Source of the DNA: Schizochytrium sp. TIO01
Lineage: Eukaryota; Protista; Bigyra: Labyrinthulomycetes
Assembly (NCBI GenBank): GCA_004764695.1
Contig: SMSO01000031.1
Location: 8,290,761-8,354,760 of the forward strand
Reading direction: 5' to 3'
Length of the DNA stretch: 64,000 nt
Shown here: positions 1 through 14,118 of the stretch, piece after piece
Numbering within the stretch: the first letter of the stretch is position 1
Layout of the letters: each line of letters opens with the position of its first letter
Notes under the pieces: generated by a model
Database searches by the model: none
What the model saw: the letters and a program-made list of their open reading frames with translations, nothing else
What the model was told of the DNA's origin: nothing
Translations under genes and position numbers: made by a program

Positions 1-280
1 AATAAGGCAACCTTCAAGCTAAGTTCTTGGTAGGGTAAAATAACGAGCCTGCTCGTTGCGGAGAAGGGAGGAGAAAGAGATATAGGTTATACTTTATCAA
101 GCGGATATGCAGGATGCTTTCTGTGGAGAAGTGGGCTACAGCATCACAAGAAGTTAGCATAGCTAGTTGTCAGGTGTCAGCCCAAGGTCTCTGCGTGAAG
201 GAGAGACTGTAGGGAATAGCCGCATACTCTTAACATGCAAACAGTCAAACTAAAGATAAGACAACCTGCTGACTGCTTCT

Positions 281-2032
281 TTAGGCCGAGGTCGTGTTGA
301 AGTCGATGAAGGAGTTATCGCACTCAAAAACAATAGTCTTCCACTCGTATGGACCGATCTCGACCTCAAAGTAGCGGCCGTCATCGGTACGAAGGCGCAC
401 ATTTTGGGTGCCAATGTCCCCGGTAATCAAAGGAAGAGCAAACTCCTGACGACGGTCATTAGCAACAATTACAATGCAGCGGTCATCCTCGGTACGGAAG
501 CCAACGGTCTCGATGTTGCTGGAGAGCAGGGTGGAGGCGTCAACAATGTTAGAGCGAACAGCACCAGGTGGAATAAATGCTGAATAATGGGCAAGAGCGT
601 AGTACATCGGATTTTTGTAAAAGACATCGTTGTCGGTGTCCACGAGAATGGGGGCATCCACAAAGTTGAAGGCGTGGTTTGGGCCACCCTGAAGATCAAG
701 CACCAAGTTCCAGTCGGTCCAGCCGGAAGCACCGTTAATGGTCTGGTAGAGGATGTCGCGGAGGTAGGAAAACCCACGTTCCCATGAACCAGGGTTAGCT
801 TTGTTATCAAATGCGCCTGAGCATGCCTCCGTGGCAAGAAGGAATTTGCGGCCATTACGGTTGGTCATTTCATACTTGTGGGCAATGTCCTTCACGGCGG
901 CAGCGCCTCCCGTAGCAATGCTTGAGGGAGAAGTCAGGTCACGAGGAGAAATGACAATGCTATCTTCGATGGTTGCCTCAAAAGAAGAGTACCAATGGAT
1001 TCCGAGACCATCGATGTAGTCAGAAGCATCAGCCAAGGCAGCATAGGCCTCGAGTTCTTCGTACTGGTCATCACCATTCATGATCTTAAGATCTGGGAAA
1101 GCTTTACGCATCGCGGGGCCAAGGTAAAGATTGGTAAAGTTGGCCAAATCACCGGGAGTGTAGAGGGTGTTCTCCCAAGTGGGCTGGTTAAGGGGCTCAT
1201 TCTGCGCAGTGATGCCCCAGAGCTGGGCACCAGCCTTGGCATAGGCTGAGACGAAGTTAACAAAGTAGTTGGCGTAACCTTCACGAGCTGACGCATTCGG
1301 GGAGAGGCTTCCAGATTGGTGAGTATACTGCGGATAGTCATTCGATCCACAGGTCCATGCGCCTTCCGCAGATGTGCATGATTTCCAAAAAGGAGGTGCA
1401 GACCAAGGAGAACCAAAGACATTCAGTTTGGACCAAGCACTGGTGTTAGCAGTCACGGTATCCTCAATTTCTTGCATTGCATCAAGGATCATTTCGAGTT
1501 TGTAGTCTTCACCCGCAATGCCACGGTCGTCCCTCAGCTTAAATTCGCTATCCTCACTTTCCATCAAGGAATAAGAGTAACGAGAAAAGTCTGAACTCCC
1601 AATTGGGACGCGGCCAACCGTATAGCGGGCACCATCGGTGCGCGAAAAGTAAGCCGAGATGACATTGTCACGGGTTTCGTTGGAAACGAGGCTAAGCACG
1701 TACGCAGCAGCATCCGTGAAGGCACCACCAAACCCAATCATTTGCTGTGCCGCAAACGTCTCGACTTCTAGTGCAAGCGTGAGGTCGAGATCGCTGCTAT
1801 TTTGGGCCTGCAAAGTTGAGGGCTCAAGGCGCAAACCGCTCTTGCTACTAGTATAGATAACAGCCGTATCTTCGTTCACCTGATCGAGGGCGTCGAGTGC
1901 GAGGCCGTCACAAGAGCTCGCTGTGCACTTGCACGACATTCCCCAAGTGAAATTATGCATGTCACATGCTGCAGTAACTTGGTTTAGGCAGAGAGCCACT
2001 ACAATGAGCAAACCGTATGGAGAAATGCCCAT
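281..2032 (-). CDS. Glycoside hydrolase family 30 glucosylceramidase-like protein, secreted/lysosomal (583 aa)
   Basis: Signal peptide; GH30 motifs QQMIGFGGAFTDAA, RVPIGSSDFS, SPWSAP, TAQNEP (acid/base Glu), ATEAC (nucleophile), WTDWNLVLD, FVDAPI, PMYYALAHYS. Confidence 0.93.
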   Translation of the reverse strand: MGISPYGLLIVVALCLNQVTAACDMHNFTWGMSCKCTASSCDGLALDALDQVNEDTAVIYTSSKSGLRLEPSTLQAQNSSDLDLTLALEVETFAAQQMIGFGGAFTDAAAYVLSLVSNETRDNVISAYFSRTDGARYTVGRVPIGSSDFSRYSYSLMESEDSEFKLRDDRGIAGEDYKLEMILDAMQEIEDTVTANTSAWSKLNVFGSPWSAPPFWKSCTSAEGAWTCGSNDYPQYTHQSGSLSPNASAREGYANYFVNFVSAYAKAGAQLWGITAQNEPLNQPTWENTLYTPGDLANFTNLYLGPAMRKAFPDLKIMNGDDQYEELEAYAALADASDYIDGLGIHWYSSFEATIEDSIVISPRDLTSPSSIATGGAAAVKDIAHKYEMTNRNGRKFLLATEACSGAFDNKANPGSWERGFSYLRDILYQTINGASGWTDWNLVLDLQGGPNHAFNFVDAPILVDTDNDVFYKNPMYYALAHYSAFIPPGAVRSNIVDASTLLSSNIETVGFRTEDDRCIVIVANDRRQEFALPLITGDIGTQNVRLRTDDGRYFEVEIGPYEWKTIVFECDNSFIDFNTTSA

Positions 2033-5000
2033 GATTGCTTCTTGTTTCTTTCCTTCTTTCTCTTGTTGACCCTTCTCTTACTTAGCTCGTCGAATGCTGA
2101 CAAGATGCAAATGTAAGCCAATAAAGGCTGTAGCGCTAAGGTGGTGCTGTTTTTTGCGATCTTCTGTTTCGGTTTTGAGTAATGGATTTGATGCAAACTC
2201 TGCTTCATCAAATCGAATGCCACACAAACTCTCTTCAGAAAGGTGATACTCTGTAAACACAGTAATGAGTCCCAGGAAGCTAGAGGGTCTCTGTGGAAGG
2301 GAACGCCCATTCTTAATTAGGTAAATTACATGAGAGTAAATACTCTCTGCTGTTCTAATTTGTTTTCGTGTCTCTCTTCGTCTCTAGCTTTAATTTCAAA
2401 CTAGGAAGAGGCAAGATCTTTTCTTTGACACTAGAATTCATTTTACATTTCTTATAAATTGTATGAGCCTTTCCCACTATCTCCTTTCCACTGCAATTCA
2501 ATTTTGGATAGGTGTTAAATTTCTGTTCTGCTTTATTATTAGTACACATAGATGGCGTTGCCTCGGGCATTTATCTCTGCGTGTGGTCACGTAGAATATT
2601 GGGAAGTCACATCTTCCTTGCCTATCTGTATCCCTCTCTGGCTTCGGCTACGGAGCTCAAATTCTTGACCCCGACGTCAGATACAGATATCTAGTATCCT
2701 CATGGGGCGTATCTGGCTCGTGTGCGTGCAGATACTCTGAATTACTAAATATGATAAATGCGTTCCAAGGCACATCTCACTGGAAGCCTTCCCGTACCCT
2801 TAACTTCCGAATTTACGAGAAGGCGCTTGCGTTTATCCTGAAACTCAATATTCAGGCTTATATTTCATTTATCTGGGATGCCGAAGTAACTGTAGTTAAG
2901 TGCAGTGCCCTCACTTTGAGCTAAATTTGATTTCATCATGGCAAGTGCAATTGTTGGCTCAAAGAGATGTGTTAGATTTTAATGCTTATGAGGCAAACAT
3001 AGCCAAGTAAAATCCAAAGATTCTTTTGAGTGTGGAATATACATTCCATCATGTTTCTTCAAGTTTTGTGTCAATCTGTAGCGTGGCAACGTGAAGTTTA
3101 TTTTGAGTTGGGTTAGCAAGATCGGTGCCACTCTCACCATCCAGAGACTGTGCCCAAAACCTCCTTCGACTCGGGTAAAGAATTCGACCCAAAGTTTAGT
3201 GCGCCTTGACACAGTATACCCGTGGTTTTGCGTGTTTGTTTTTCAAATATGGACGAATCCGCTGCTCGGTCTGGATAATCTTGTGATTTGGATATTATTC
3301 TCCATTTTTATTGCTTTCCGAAAGTTTTCCCTCTTTTCCCCAAAGTTCTCTGATTAAGAATCAAATCCAGGTCATTTTCTTCGAAATTGTCATGACGAGA
3401 TCAAAAGCCTTCTTTGTGAAGGAATCCACTCAAAAAACTGGGAATACGAAAGAGTGGCGGAGGGATATCGGGACGATCTCGGCCTAGCTCTGCTCTGCGC
3501 GTATCATAATACGCATTGTGATTTACTGTATTTGCTTGTCAGTGTCGGCATTGATAACACATATGGCAGATGGAGGTTAGAGCTGCCTTTCAGATTCAGT
3601 GACCACGTTCTAAACTCAAACTGCTTGTAAGTTGTGACAGGAAAAGAAGTTTTTAAATAAAAAATAAACCTTTTTTTCTTTTTCTATTTTAAAAGGCAAA
3701 ATGCTATCCCATGACATAGTTCTTTTATAATTTATTCACCTTTTATAAACACGGAGGCGCCCAAGTGGCATGATTCAAGCATTGACCAAGGCATAAGTGT
3801 TCAACTGGCTAGTGCAAATCATGTTTTTTTCGTTTCGTTTTTGCCCGTTCTTCTAATGTTGCACCCTTCGGGTTCTTTCTTTTTTGGCGGCGGAGATTTT
3901 TTACGCACGTAAAAGGATATGTCATTTTATGATAGATCGCTTGGAGTTGACTTTTTACCAAAGGCACAGAATTGATCTCTGACTACTACGAGTGAGGATG
4001 TGCTTCGGAGTGATATCTTAGTACATTTGTAGGTAAAAAAAATTGAACTTGTGCTTTCTATTTCACTTTGCTAAATCGCGGTCAGTTACTGTGTCCTCGG
4101 CGTGATTCATTTCCTATATAGGAATACACAATTTGAAAGGTTACCTTATGAATTGGTCTCAACTCGTCGAACTCGCACTGAGTTAAATCCATCCTTGGGC
4201 TTAGTTATATTGAAGCTTAACTTGAAAAGTAAAATCTTTCATCCTTTTTCTCATTATTATTATTATTATTCTCATTATTATTATAAATACAAAGAAAGAA
4301 AAAAAGCAAGCGTTAGTTTTTGAGCTTAAAATACAGAAAGATCTGGACACTGCGCAGTTGTTATTGTTGGTGGTAGATCGTTTTGAGAAATGTGGATGTC
4401 TCTTGTGCTTTACTCCCTACTCCCGTTACCATTGAAATGGTAAAGGTAAAGAATTTACTCTGCCTTTCTGATGGGAAACCCTAAAAAGCGTGTCATTATC
4501 TCTGCCAGAGAACTGGCGGACTCATAGATCGAATGAATGTACTCCCTCGGAATATACATTCTAAACTTGTGCTTAGTATTAGGTATAAGAATTTGCATTT
4601 CCTATCAACGGTTTTTATAGGGAGGTCACATTTTCTTTCATACATATGCATCTCAGTCGTATGCCACTCATCGTATGCCACTCACTGAGATCACATCTTG
4701 AGTCCTTTTCTCTCCTTTTTTTTCAATAATAACAAATTTAAAGTTACATTTTAATGTCAGGGTAACAATTTCCGACAATTCCCATCGCCATGGTTGCATA
4801 TCGCCCAGTCCAAGTTCTTGCATATTTTCCTCGAGTTTGAATTTGGATCAGTGATGTGCTGAATCCAAAACAGTGCTACCAACTTACTTTGTACGACAAT
4901 TATTTGCGAAAGATCTTTCTTTCAAGTCCCGAGCTCAAGAACATAGCATAGAGACACTATTCACTCACAATACCTTGTGTAGTGAAGACCCTTGCAAGGC

Positions 5001-5941
5001 GATTGGCTTAGCCTAGCCTGGACACCAACTTGTGGACGCACAGCACAGTCGCATTAGTCGAAGGCTGCTCCGATCAATCCTTTGGGCCGGGTAGAAACTT
5101 AAGCCAAAACAATCACTCATGGCATGATGGTTTTCGCTGTGGAGAAAGGGAGTACTGGTAACTTTAATAAGATTGGGCAACATGAACTTTTGATGTGGGA
5201 ACCTATAATAAGACATTGGTTCCTTTACAATACTTAGAGATAGTGTAGGAGCTGTAACACATCTAGGAATCATTTGCAGTAAAGAGCAAATACTACTTAC
5301 CTTTTGTTTCTTATACTATTAGTTTAGAAGGAAACTAGACAAATACGCTAGGCACAAGACTGTAAAGGAGCACATTGTTTTAGTTCTGGTTTCTACCCAA
5401 CTTAGTAGGGTTGATAATAGTATTATCTAGCTATTGAGAGTTGTAGACTAGAAGCTCGTTCATGTCTCCTTATTCTCTAAAACTAGGGCTGTAAAAAGTA
5501 ACGCAAGCATTTTTTCTTTATTTATCTTCTTCAATACGGGGTTGCTCGTTAATTTGTGCGATTATGGAGTCGTTGGTATTACCTTAGACATAGATTTTGA
5601 TGCCTCAATTAAGAGGCTGCAAGACGAGAAATTTGAGTACCTGAGGGTTTGATATATCGGCAATTTTAGAACAGAAGCGCAAGCTACAATTCAAGACCTC
5701 TAAGAATGACCCCATGACATCTTGGAAACATGGAAGAAGAAAAGAACTTGACCTTTCACTAGAGTATGAATTCTTTGTACTAGAAATGAGAAATAAGCTA
5801 CAGTTGCTTTGAGCATTACACCAAAACACTTAAAGTATAGCATGAAAAAACATTTAGAAGAAAAGCTCCGAGTAGTTCAATTTGCTAAAACAATGGATCT
5901 TTGAAAGGTCGATTCCATTGTACAATAAGATATTTACCTTT

Positions 5942-6148
5942 TATTGCAGAGTAGCCTGTGCTGTGAAGCGTGGAGAGGTAGTCTGACAAGGATGACGAAC
6001 TCAGGAGAAAGAGAGAGAGGATGATATATGAGTTATCGGGGTTTCAGGTCTGCATACAGGCAGGGTAATGTGTGGATAGGAGAGCCTGGGTAGGGTAGGG
6101 TAGGGTAGGTTAGGTTAGGTTAGACAGTAGCTGTATATTACTTCAATA
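5942..6148 (+). mobile_element. Solo LTR, family A (contains telomere-like TAGGG/TTAGG tract)
   Basis: TATTG...CAATA ends, 5-bp TSD CCTTT on both sides; homologous to 12458-12655 and to inverted 41345-41536. Confidence 0.8.
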
Positions 6149-8084
6149 CCTTTATACAAACATTCAAGTAAATAGAGTCTCAGAGTCGCGTTTAATAGAG
6201 ACTGGTTATCACGGAAGATGAGACCTCTGGACACTTATATTATTGTCTAACCAAATCAACACTTTCTTGTCTATACAACCTACCTCTAAGGTCAAATGTG
6301 CTATCCTTGAGAATAAACAGAGACCTCCGTACTCAGATACCTCATTAAAATCTAATGCTACCATCCATGGTAGCATATTTGGAATGTTTAATTTTGAATT
6401 GATATGCATTGGTAAGATAAAGTCTTTCTTCCCCTTGATAACTTGAATTGCGGCAATAATTGCTATTATGTTTTAGGCGAAAGACTGTACATAAATAGAA
6501 GGAATCTTAGGAATAGTCCAAGTTCTTAAAAAGTGTTAGTAACTCCGTACAAAACCCACCATTCGTTATTTACAGGCTTGAAAGCGACGAATCAATGTTG
6601 TTTTTTTGTTGTTTTTTTATAAACTAAGAACAACTAATTAGGTCAGTGAGAACCTCATGACAAAACTATGCCAGGAGTCCAAAACGGGAGTGACAATGTC
6701 TAAGAAAGACTAAGAGTTTGGGTTTTTACATTGCTCCTCCGTGTCTACGGGATGATTTAGAGAAAGAGTCACCCACTCGCTCCAAGTGTTGAAAGTTAAT
6801 CATCTTCATGCTTATGTATTCTTTATCGTTTTGGTCTTGGCCTTACAAAGAGTTAGCTAAGGGTCTTGCTCTATTATACTTACTTAACTCCCAATGGTCT
6901 ATCTTTAAAGTATGGCAGGCACATCCATCTGCGTCCATTTATAATTTCTATATTAAAATCCTTTCATCAGAGCTTAGTTTCTGTAGTATAAACCCAAACA
7001 GCTGCTGTCAGAGGCCAATATGATAATGTTGAGCTGCAAATATTAAATATGTCTCACAACATTTCTGTCTCAATTCTGATTGAAACAATTAATTTGCCCG
7101 AAAAGCGAAAGTTATCCTTCTCCACGTTTAAAAGGGCTCAGAAGCACGACCTCAGATCATGTATGTATAAATGATTACTTGTAAGCTATCGGACTTCCTG
7201 CTGAAAGGTGATTCTAATTAGCTTGAGGTTGACTGTGAGGATGAAGTCAAGAAGCTTGATGAAGGCTTTAAGAAGGTTGATTTAAGAGTTTACGAACTGC
7301 TGTCCTGGAGAATGAATTCCAGGACAGATGGATTCATGTAGTAATTAAGGAGATTAAGACATTCTTGAAAGTTGCTAGAGATAATCGATAGGGTTAGGTT
7401 AATTCAACCTCTACAACCATCGATTCAAGTTACACCATGCTTGGATGTAGGTAGTGTGTATTCACACTTCTAGTTCTTGGCTCCGGCAGCCACATGAATC
7501 TGACTGCCGATTTTTGCTCTATTGTAAGCCTTATGTCTACTGGGGTTTCCATAAGGGACGCCAAGAATTCTAGCAATGCCTTGCCCACTTAATCCTTTGA
7601 TTGGAGATCTCAGCACTTCCCAAGATAGAGATAAAGATAGGTGGATGAACCAGTAAAATCCCCTATTACGCAATCCAGAATAATACATAATCACGCAGGA
7701 ATAGACTCCGGCAAAGTTGTGAGAAATTGACAAAGTTCAACACAAAATCACATAGATTGTTAACCAAACTCGTTTAACCTTGGCGAGCAAGAATATCTTA
7801 TGTTTCCTAAGCGTCTCTAAATACTACATGTATTACTTTATGTTGCAGTGTAGCTTTTATATACAAGATGAATCCGACACATTTGACTCTTACGTTCTGA
7901 TCTTAATTTCAATTAAGGAAAGTACGAGGCGCAGTGTTTGCTATCACCTTGGAAGATTTTACGTTCCCTCAATTACTATGGTTGATTTAAAAGAACAAAA
8001 TTCATTTCTTTTGTTATAAGTTTACTCCGTCACAAGTTGTAAGCACATTATTCAGATTGATCGATTTTACGGTTCTGTGTTAAC

Positions 8085-9416
8085 CTAGTAAAATCGAAGA
8101 TCAACAGTCTTTGGAATGCTGTATCGTTGATCCAAAGGATCAAACATCTCCTCTGGGAGTTGCTCTGGAGTAAAATCCACTGGGTCGTAACCTTCACCTT
8201 CTGTTTGAACGTTCCATCGGGCGAAAAAGTCATCTATTAGTTTTTTCCATTCTCGCATGAGAGCTTTATCTGTTCGGTACAGTTCGCGATCAAGGTCACT
8301 GCGGAAGACAGAAGAAGACTTGTCCGACCAGTGAGTAGAGATGGATTTCTGCTCCCTTTTCACGTAGGCGTTTGTGTTTCTTATATGATTGCCGTAAGAC
8401 TGAGAAAGATAGTACACCATTCGATCATCCCGTGGTACTTTGATTTTACCTGCATTACTTACGAAAGACGAGCTTAGAGCTGGAGGACCAGTAATGAACT
8501 TTTTCTGACGAAATTCATGAGTCGTCATAGACGATCCTTCAAGAATTTTGAGAACATTATGGAAGCTTTCTCGCGCAGCATGAGCCATGATAAAGTGCCC
8601 AGGGCGATATATGAGACTCCACTGGCATAAGACTCCATCGCCCACGGCGCCAGAGACGGCGCCAACATCTGTCGGTACAATCTCGCGAAGAGGAGCATAG
8701 TGTGTCGCGTCGAGATCAAAGTAAATACCACCAAACTTAAGAATAGCTAGGTACCGCCAAAGATCAATTTTGATTGCTCCAGTCTGTATAGTATCAAACA
8801 GCGGCTTGAGCGGCTTGAATTCGGTTTTCTCCATGAACTGCTCCACAAGGTTGTCGTCAAAAAAGTAAAAGTCCCATTCCTGATTCATATGAAGTGCGTT
8901 CCGAAGAAGGTTACAAACAACGCTTGTCACATTGCGAAATCTACTGGAGACAAACATGCGTCGCGGAATCTTGGCAACAGGCTTCTCCATAATTGCTGGA
9001 ATGAAGAATGGAATCGTTGTAGCATGGTGCGGATCGCACTCCAGACGGTATGTGTTCGAGAAATCTGTTGTAGAATTTTGCAAGCTTTTTGATACTGAGA
9101 TTGATCGATCCATCACCTTCTTTGTAGGCTTTGGGAGTGCATTTTTATCTTTATCGCTTTGAAGGTAGGCCTCCAGCTCGTTGAGCCCATGTTGCACCAA
9201 GGAGTTAGCTTGAAGTTCTTGCGAAGATTGAAACCGATTCTTCAAGCGCATAAGATCGTGAACGGTACTTTCGATCAAGTCCTCGGTGATTGTCACATCG
9301 ATATAAGTTTGAGTGGTGCATCCAGGCAATGAATACGTATGAAAAATGCCGACAAACAAAGTAACTTGAACCAAGGCGCATACAAAGATCAAGAGCAGTA
9401 CCTTCGAGGTGCTCAT
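8085..9416 (-). CDS. GT32 (DXD) glycosyltransferase, type II membrane protein (443 aa)
   Basis: N-terminal signal anchor; KIPRRMF, HMNQEWDFYFFDD, GAIKIDLWRYLAILKFGGIYFDLD, ITGP motifs typical of Och1/Sur1-like GT32. Confidence 0.88.
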   Translation of the reverse strand: MSTSKVLLLIFVCALVQVTLFVGIFHTYSLPGCTTQTYIDVTITEDLIESTVHDLMRLKNRFQSSQELQANSLVQHGLNELEAYLQSDKDKNALPKPTKKVMDRSISVSKSLQNSTTDFSNTYRLECDPHHATTIPFFIPAIMEKPVAKIPRRMFVSSRFRNVTSVVCNLLRNALHMNQEWDFYFFDDNLVEQFMEKTEFKPLKPLFDTIQTGAIKIDLWRYLAILKFGGIYFDLDATHYAPLREIVPTDVGAVSGAVGDGVLCQWSLIYRPGHFIMAHAARESFHNVLKILEGSSMTTHEFRQKKFITGPPALSSSFVSNAGKIKVPRDDRMVYYLSQSYGNHIRNTNAYVKREQKSISTHWSDKSSSVFRSDLDRELYRTDKALMREWKKLIDDFFARWNVQTEGEGYDPVDFTPEQLPEEMFDPLDQRYSIPKTVDLRFY

Positions 9417-11054
9417 CGAATTAGCTTTGGAGTGAAGGCCCGGTGGAGTGCGTTGCTCGTTTTTTGCATATTTCCCAACCCATACGTAAGAAAACAGGTG
9501 CTGTTTTGTCTGGCTGGTTTTGCAATTGGTTTAAACTAGCGAGCGCCCGAGTCGAGCGCACGGCACGGCCCTGCTTCGCTTTGATGCCTACACAACCAAG
9601 TTTCCCCGCAATTTACGCGCGAGGTTATTCTGCTTCAACAATTACGTAATTATATTTTCGGCTAGTAGTCCCTATGTATCCACTTAGGATGAGCTGTGCA
9701 CGATAGTACTCGCTCTACTACTACTACTACTACTACTATGCGAAGGATGATCAGCATCGTCATATTCATAAAACATGTTATAAACAGAAAAGGAGATAGC
9801 CAAGAAGTTGATCCAGGAGGACCCCATTGATGACTTTTCACCATGACTTCGTATGCTAGGATTCGAAAGCACCTGCGTTCTCAGCCAGGTCAGCAGCACC
9901 TCAGCTTGACTTGTACGCAAGTCTGACCAGCCCACTAGCTATGCAAACGCAATGAAAGAAACATCCGCGCCCAAGTACAAATTGATTGCTAGTCAAGAAA
10001 ATCGGTAGCCTATCAGGGTACCCGCGGGTTGTCTTGAGTTGTACTTATTCCCACTTTATTACCCCCCCCCAGTGGATTACTAAGGTTCCCTTTAGCATTA
10101 TAATTTAAATTTGGCTCTCCATTTTCTTCTTTTTCCTCTAGCTAGTGCGGAACAGTACGTGGCTACTATCTACTATCTATATTAGATGAAACGTGCTCCT
10201 TTTACTTTGCTTCCTACCTCAGACTATATTTTTTAATTAGAATTGAACGGTATCAACTCAAGTATAGAATAGTAGCATTTGATTGATCAATAGGTCTTTA
10301 ATTGGGCCTATTTATGCAAGGCTCGAACTCAAACTTCGGTTTCGAGATCTACAGCGTCCCAAGATAACACTCTTGTGCCCGGTGTTGCTAGCTAACCAGG
10401 TTGTGAAAGAGTGTGGAGCTATGGTGCTCATCGCGTTCCTAGGCCCTTAGATCTAGAAATCAGTAGAGCGCAGGGATTGAAGGTGTTAAAAGGGATTTGA
10501 TGTATCTTTTTTCCAAAATTACTGTGTACCTAGCTAGAGATAACTGACAGACTCTCCGAGCAAGCAAGCAGAGTTGTAGACGAGCCCGGCAATGCAAGGG
10601 GCACGGGAGTCCTTTCTGTGGTCGTGAAGAAAGAGTCAAAAGTGATCACTGCGAAGTCTATCACGTGGATAGCAGAATGGTACTAAGTGCTAAGAGGGCT
10701 GAAGGTCATATTCTCGGGCTTAAAATTTCTTTAGAGGAAACTAGAGAGCAGCTACGAAACAACTGCGTCTGAGCTCTTGATGCTATGATAATTTACGCGA
10801 TGTTTGTAGACAGTTGTGTTCATCAATAGCTAAGTGAAAGAGTTAAACAGACACCATCAAGTAGAAAAACCTTGGAATTTATTGGTATGGGTATGGTACT
10901 TTTTGCAGAAGGTGAAGGCAGCGGCGTGTAGTCAGTGTGAATATCTATACAGTCAGCTCAAAGGCGGGATTGATACTACGATTCGAAGCTGAAGTCGCAA
11001 ATCAAGAGAACATTTGATTGAGCATTGGAGCCAGATGGTTTTGGCGAATGTGAT

Positions 11055-11236
11055 TATTGAAGTATACCAGCTATGTGTCGGACAGAATACCAGCTATGTG
11101 TCGGACAGTATACCAAAGCCTAGACTTAGGCAATGGACCTTTTCAGTAGTTCCTAAATACTAATGCGAACTGTTATTTTCCTTCATCTCTCTATCTACGC
11201 TATCTCTTGGTGACCGCCTCACGCTAACTTGCAATA
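11055..11236. mobile_element. Solo LTR, family B
   Basis: TATTG...CAATA ends, perfect TSD GTGAT; homologous to 30555-30734; termini resemble family A. Confidence 0.75.
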
Positions 11237-12457
11237 GTGATGAAATTGCTTGCTATTAACTCGTAGTCAATGTGGCGTGTCAAGAAAATTGCGAAGCCAG
11301 GAAAAAATAAAATTTGGGCTAGTGTGGATTCGTTTCAGAGAAAGTGTCATCATCAGCATTGTCTCAAAGCCTATTCACAACACCTTGCAATGGATCAAAT
11401 CCAGCACGGTGAAAGGTTGGTAGAAGGACAAAAATTAGAAGAAAAGTCAGTAAAACACAATAGCGCATTCCCCTTTTGAACACCTAGGTAAGAGCATTAT
11501 GTCCAAATATACTCCAGGCGGACGAATAAAATGTTGGGATGCTCGAAGAAACCACTTACGCCTGCATACGCCACATGAAACTGAACAGCCATAAATTGAG
11601 TTAATGCTAGGTGAAAACGTGTTATTGGTACACATTTAACACTGGTATATTGTGCCTTTTGTATGGAGAGAATGTTCACATCTCGACGAATCGTAGGTGC
11701 AGGTGATGTCAAAATTCATTTCATGATCAGAGCCAAGATGTCAAATGTACTAACACCCCTTTCTAAGACTTGTGAAAGTATCATTAACTTGAAACCCTGA
11801 CGGTAAAGACCACAAAGTGTTTAACCTATCTACGTAAACTTGATTCAGGTAATATTGAATCGCTAAAAAACTAAGTAGACACTGTACATTCCTATGAGTC
11901 AATTTGAGGCTAAAGTGCCAAAAGGAAGGAGGGCTGTCTTCTTCTTCTTCTTTAAATTAAAAAAAGGCATGCTTACTCACATAAAACCAAGTAAATACTA
12001 TACTCGTAAGTGCGAGCTTGGCAAGTATTGTGAAATGGCCGAAGAGATATGCGTTATAATATATATATACATACACGTCATCAATGTCAAGCGACCAAAA
12101 GAAATGGCAAGAGCTTTCAATTTTCATCACAAAGTTTCACGTAATTAAAGAGATAAATGCTTTCAAACCAGTCGATAAACAGAAATAAATAATTCATGGT
12201 TGGTGTTTAAACAGTTACAATTGAACATTGAATAGTGTTTCCCTGAGTGACACATCAGTGTTATGGAAACACCTTGATAGTGCTCGTTCTAAAAGAGACT
12301 TGCATTTGAGAGATAAAGGTTTGTTCTCTACTTTTCTGATTCAAACCCGACTAGGTAATGGTGGATGTTTGACGGCAGGTTTCAGGTTTCATAAAATATA
12401 TGACTGATCAGAACGAATTTCACCTTATAAACGTATCAATTTAGTATATTATATGTC

Positions 12458-12655
12458 TATTGCAGTGCTGGGAAGCGTGCAGCAGAGGTAGTCTGACAAG
12501 GATGGCGAACTCAGGAGAAAGAGAGAAAGAGGATGATATTTGAGTTATTGGGGTTTCGGGTCTGCATACAGGCAGGATGAATATATGGGCAGGGGAGCTA
12601 GGTTAGGTTAGGCTAGGTTAGGTTAGGTAGACAGTAGCTGTATATTACTTTAATA
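12458..12655 (+). mobile_element. Solo LTR, family A (contains TTAGG tract)
   Basis: Aligns with 5942-6148; flanks ATGTC/ATGAC (TSD with one mismatch). Confidence 0.75.
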
Positions 12656-12778
12656 ATGACCTATATCTTATCGATCTTTTCGTTGAAAATAGTAACAGAT
12701 TTTCGAAAATCGCAATTTGAATTTTGGAAATTCAGATTAGGCCTGCTAGGTTTCAGTGATAGCCTGTGGATTTACATA

Positions 12779-14118
12779 TTAGAATGTTACTTTAGCTTTT
12801 GTTGTATGGTCAAAGCGGAGATCGGTATTCTTTGGAATGCTGTATCGTTGATCCAAAGGATCAAACATCTCCTCTGGAAGTTGCTCTGGAGTAAAATCCA
12901 CTGGGTCGTAACCTTCACCTTCTGTTTGAACGTTCCATCGGGCGAAAAAGTCATCTATTAGTTTTTTCCATTCTCGCATGAGAGCTTTATCTGTTCGGTA
13001 CAGTTCACGATCGAGGTCACTGCGGAAGACGGAAATAGAATTGTCTAACCAGTGGGTGGAGATCGATTTCTGTTCCTTTTTCATTTTGATATCAAAGTTT
13101 CTCAGATGATTACCGTAAGACTGAGAAAGGTAGTACACCATTCGATCATCCCGTGGTACTCTGATTCTACCTGCATTGCTTATGAAAGACGAGCTTAGAG
13201 CTGGAGGACCGGAGATAAACTTTTTCCGGATAAACTCATGAGTCGTCATAGACGATCCTTCAAGAATTTTGAGAACATTATGGAAGCTTTCTCGCGCAGC
13301 ATGAGCCATGATAAAGTGCCCAGGGCGATATATGAGACTCCACTGGCATAAGACTCCATCTCCCATGGCGCTAGAGACGGCGCCAACATCTGTCGGTACA
13401 ATCTCGCGAAGAGGAGCATAGTGTGACGCGTCGAGATCAAAGTAAGCACCACCAAACTTAAGAATAGCTAGGTACCGCCAAAGATCAATTTTGATTGCTC
13501 CAGTCTGTATAGTATCAAACAGCGGCTTGAGCGGCTTGAATTCAGTTTTCTCCATGAACTGCTCCACAAGGTTGTCGTCAAAAAAGTAAAAGTCCCATTC
13601 CTGATTCATATGAAGAATCTCTCGGAGATGCATACAAATAACGCTTGTCACATTGCGAAATCTACTGGAGACAAACATGCGTCGCGGAATCTTGGCAACA
13701 GGCTTCTCCATAATTGCTGGAATGAAGAATGGAATCGTTGTAGCATGGTGCGGATCGCACTCCAGACGGTAGTAGAATTTTGCAAGCTTTTTGATACTGA
13801 GATTGATCGATCCATCACCTTCTTTGTAGGCTTTGGGAGTGCATTTTTATCTTTATCGCTTTGAAGGTAGGCCTCCAGCTCGTTGAGCCCATGTTGCACC
13901 AAGGAGTTAGCTTGAAGTTCTTGCGAAGATTGAAACCGATTCTTCAAGCGCATAAGATCGTGAACGGTACTTTCGATCAAGTCCTCGGTGATTGCCACAT
14001 CGATATGAGTTTCAGTGGTGCATCCAGACAATGAATGCGTATGAAAAATGCCGACAAACAAAGTAACTTGAACCAAGGCGCATACAAAGATCAAGAGCAG
14101 TACCTTCGAGGTGCTCAT
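12779..14118 (-). pseudogene. Paralogue of the GT32 gene, frameshifted by a 19-bp deletion
   Basis: Near-identical to 8085-9416; tgtgttcgagaaatctgtt is missing between 13771 and 13772, splitting the gene into ORFs 13648-14238 and 12779-13711. Confidence 0.85.
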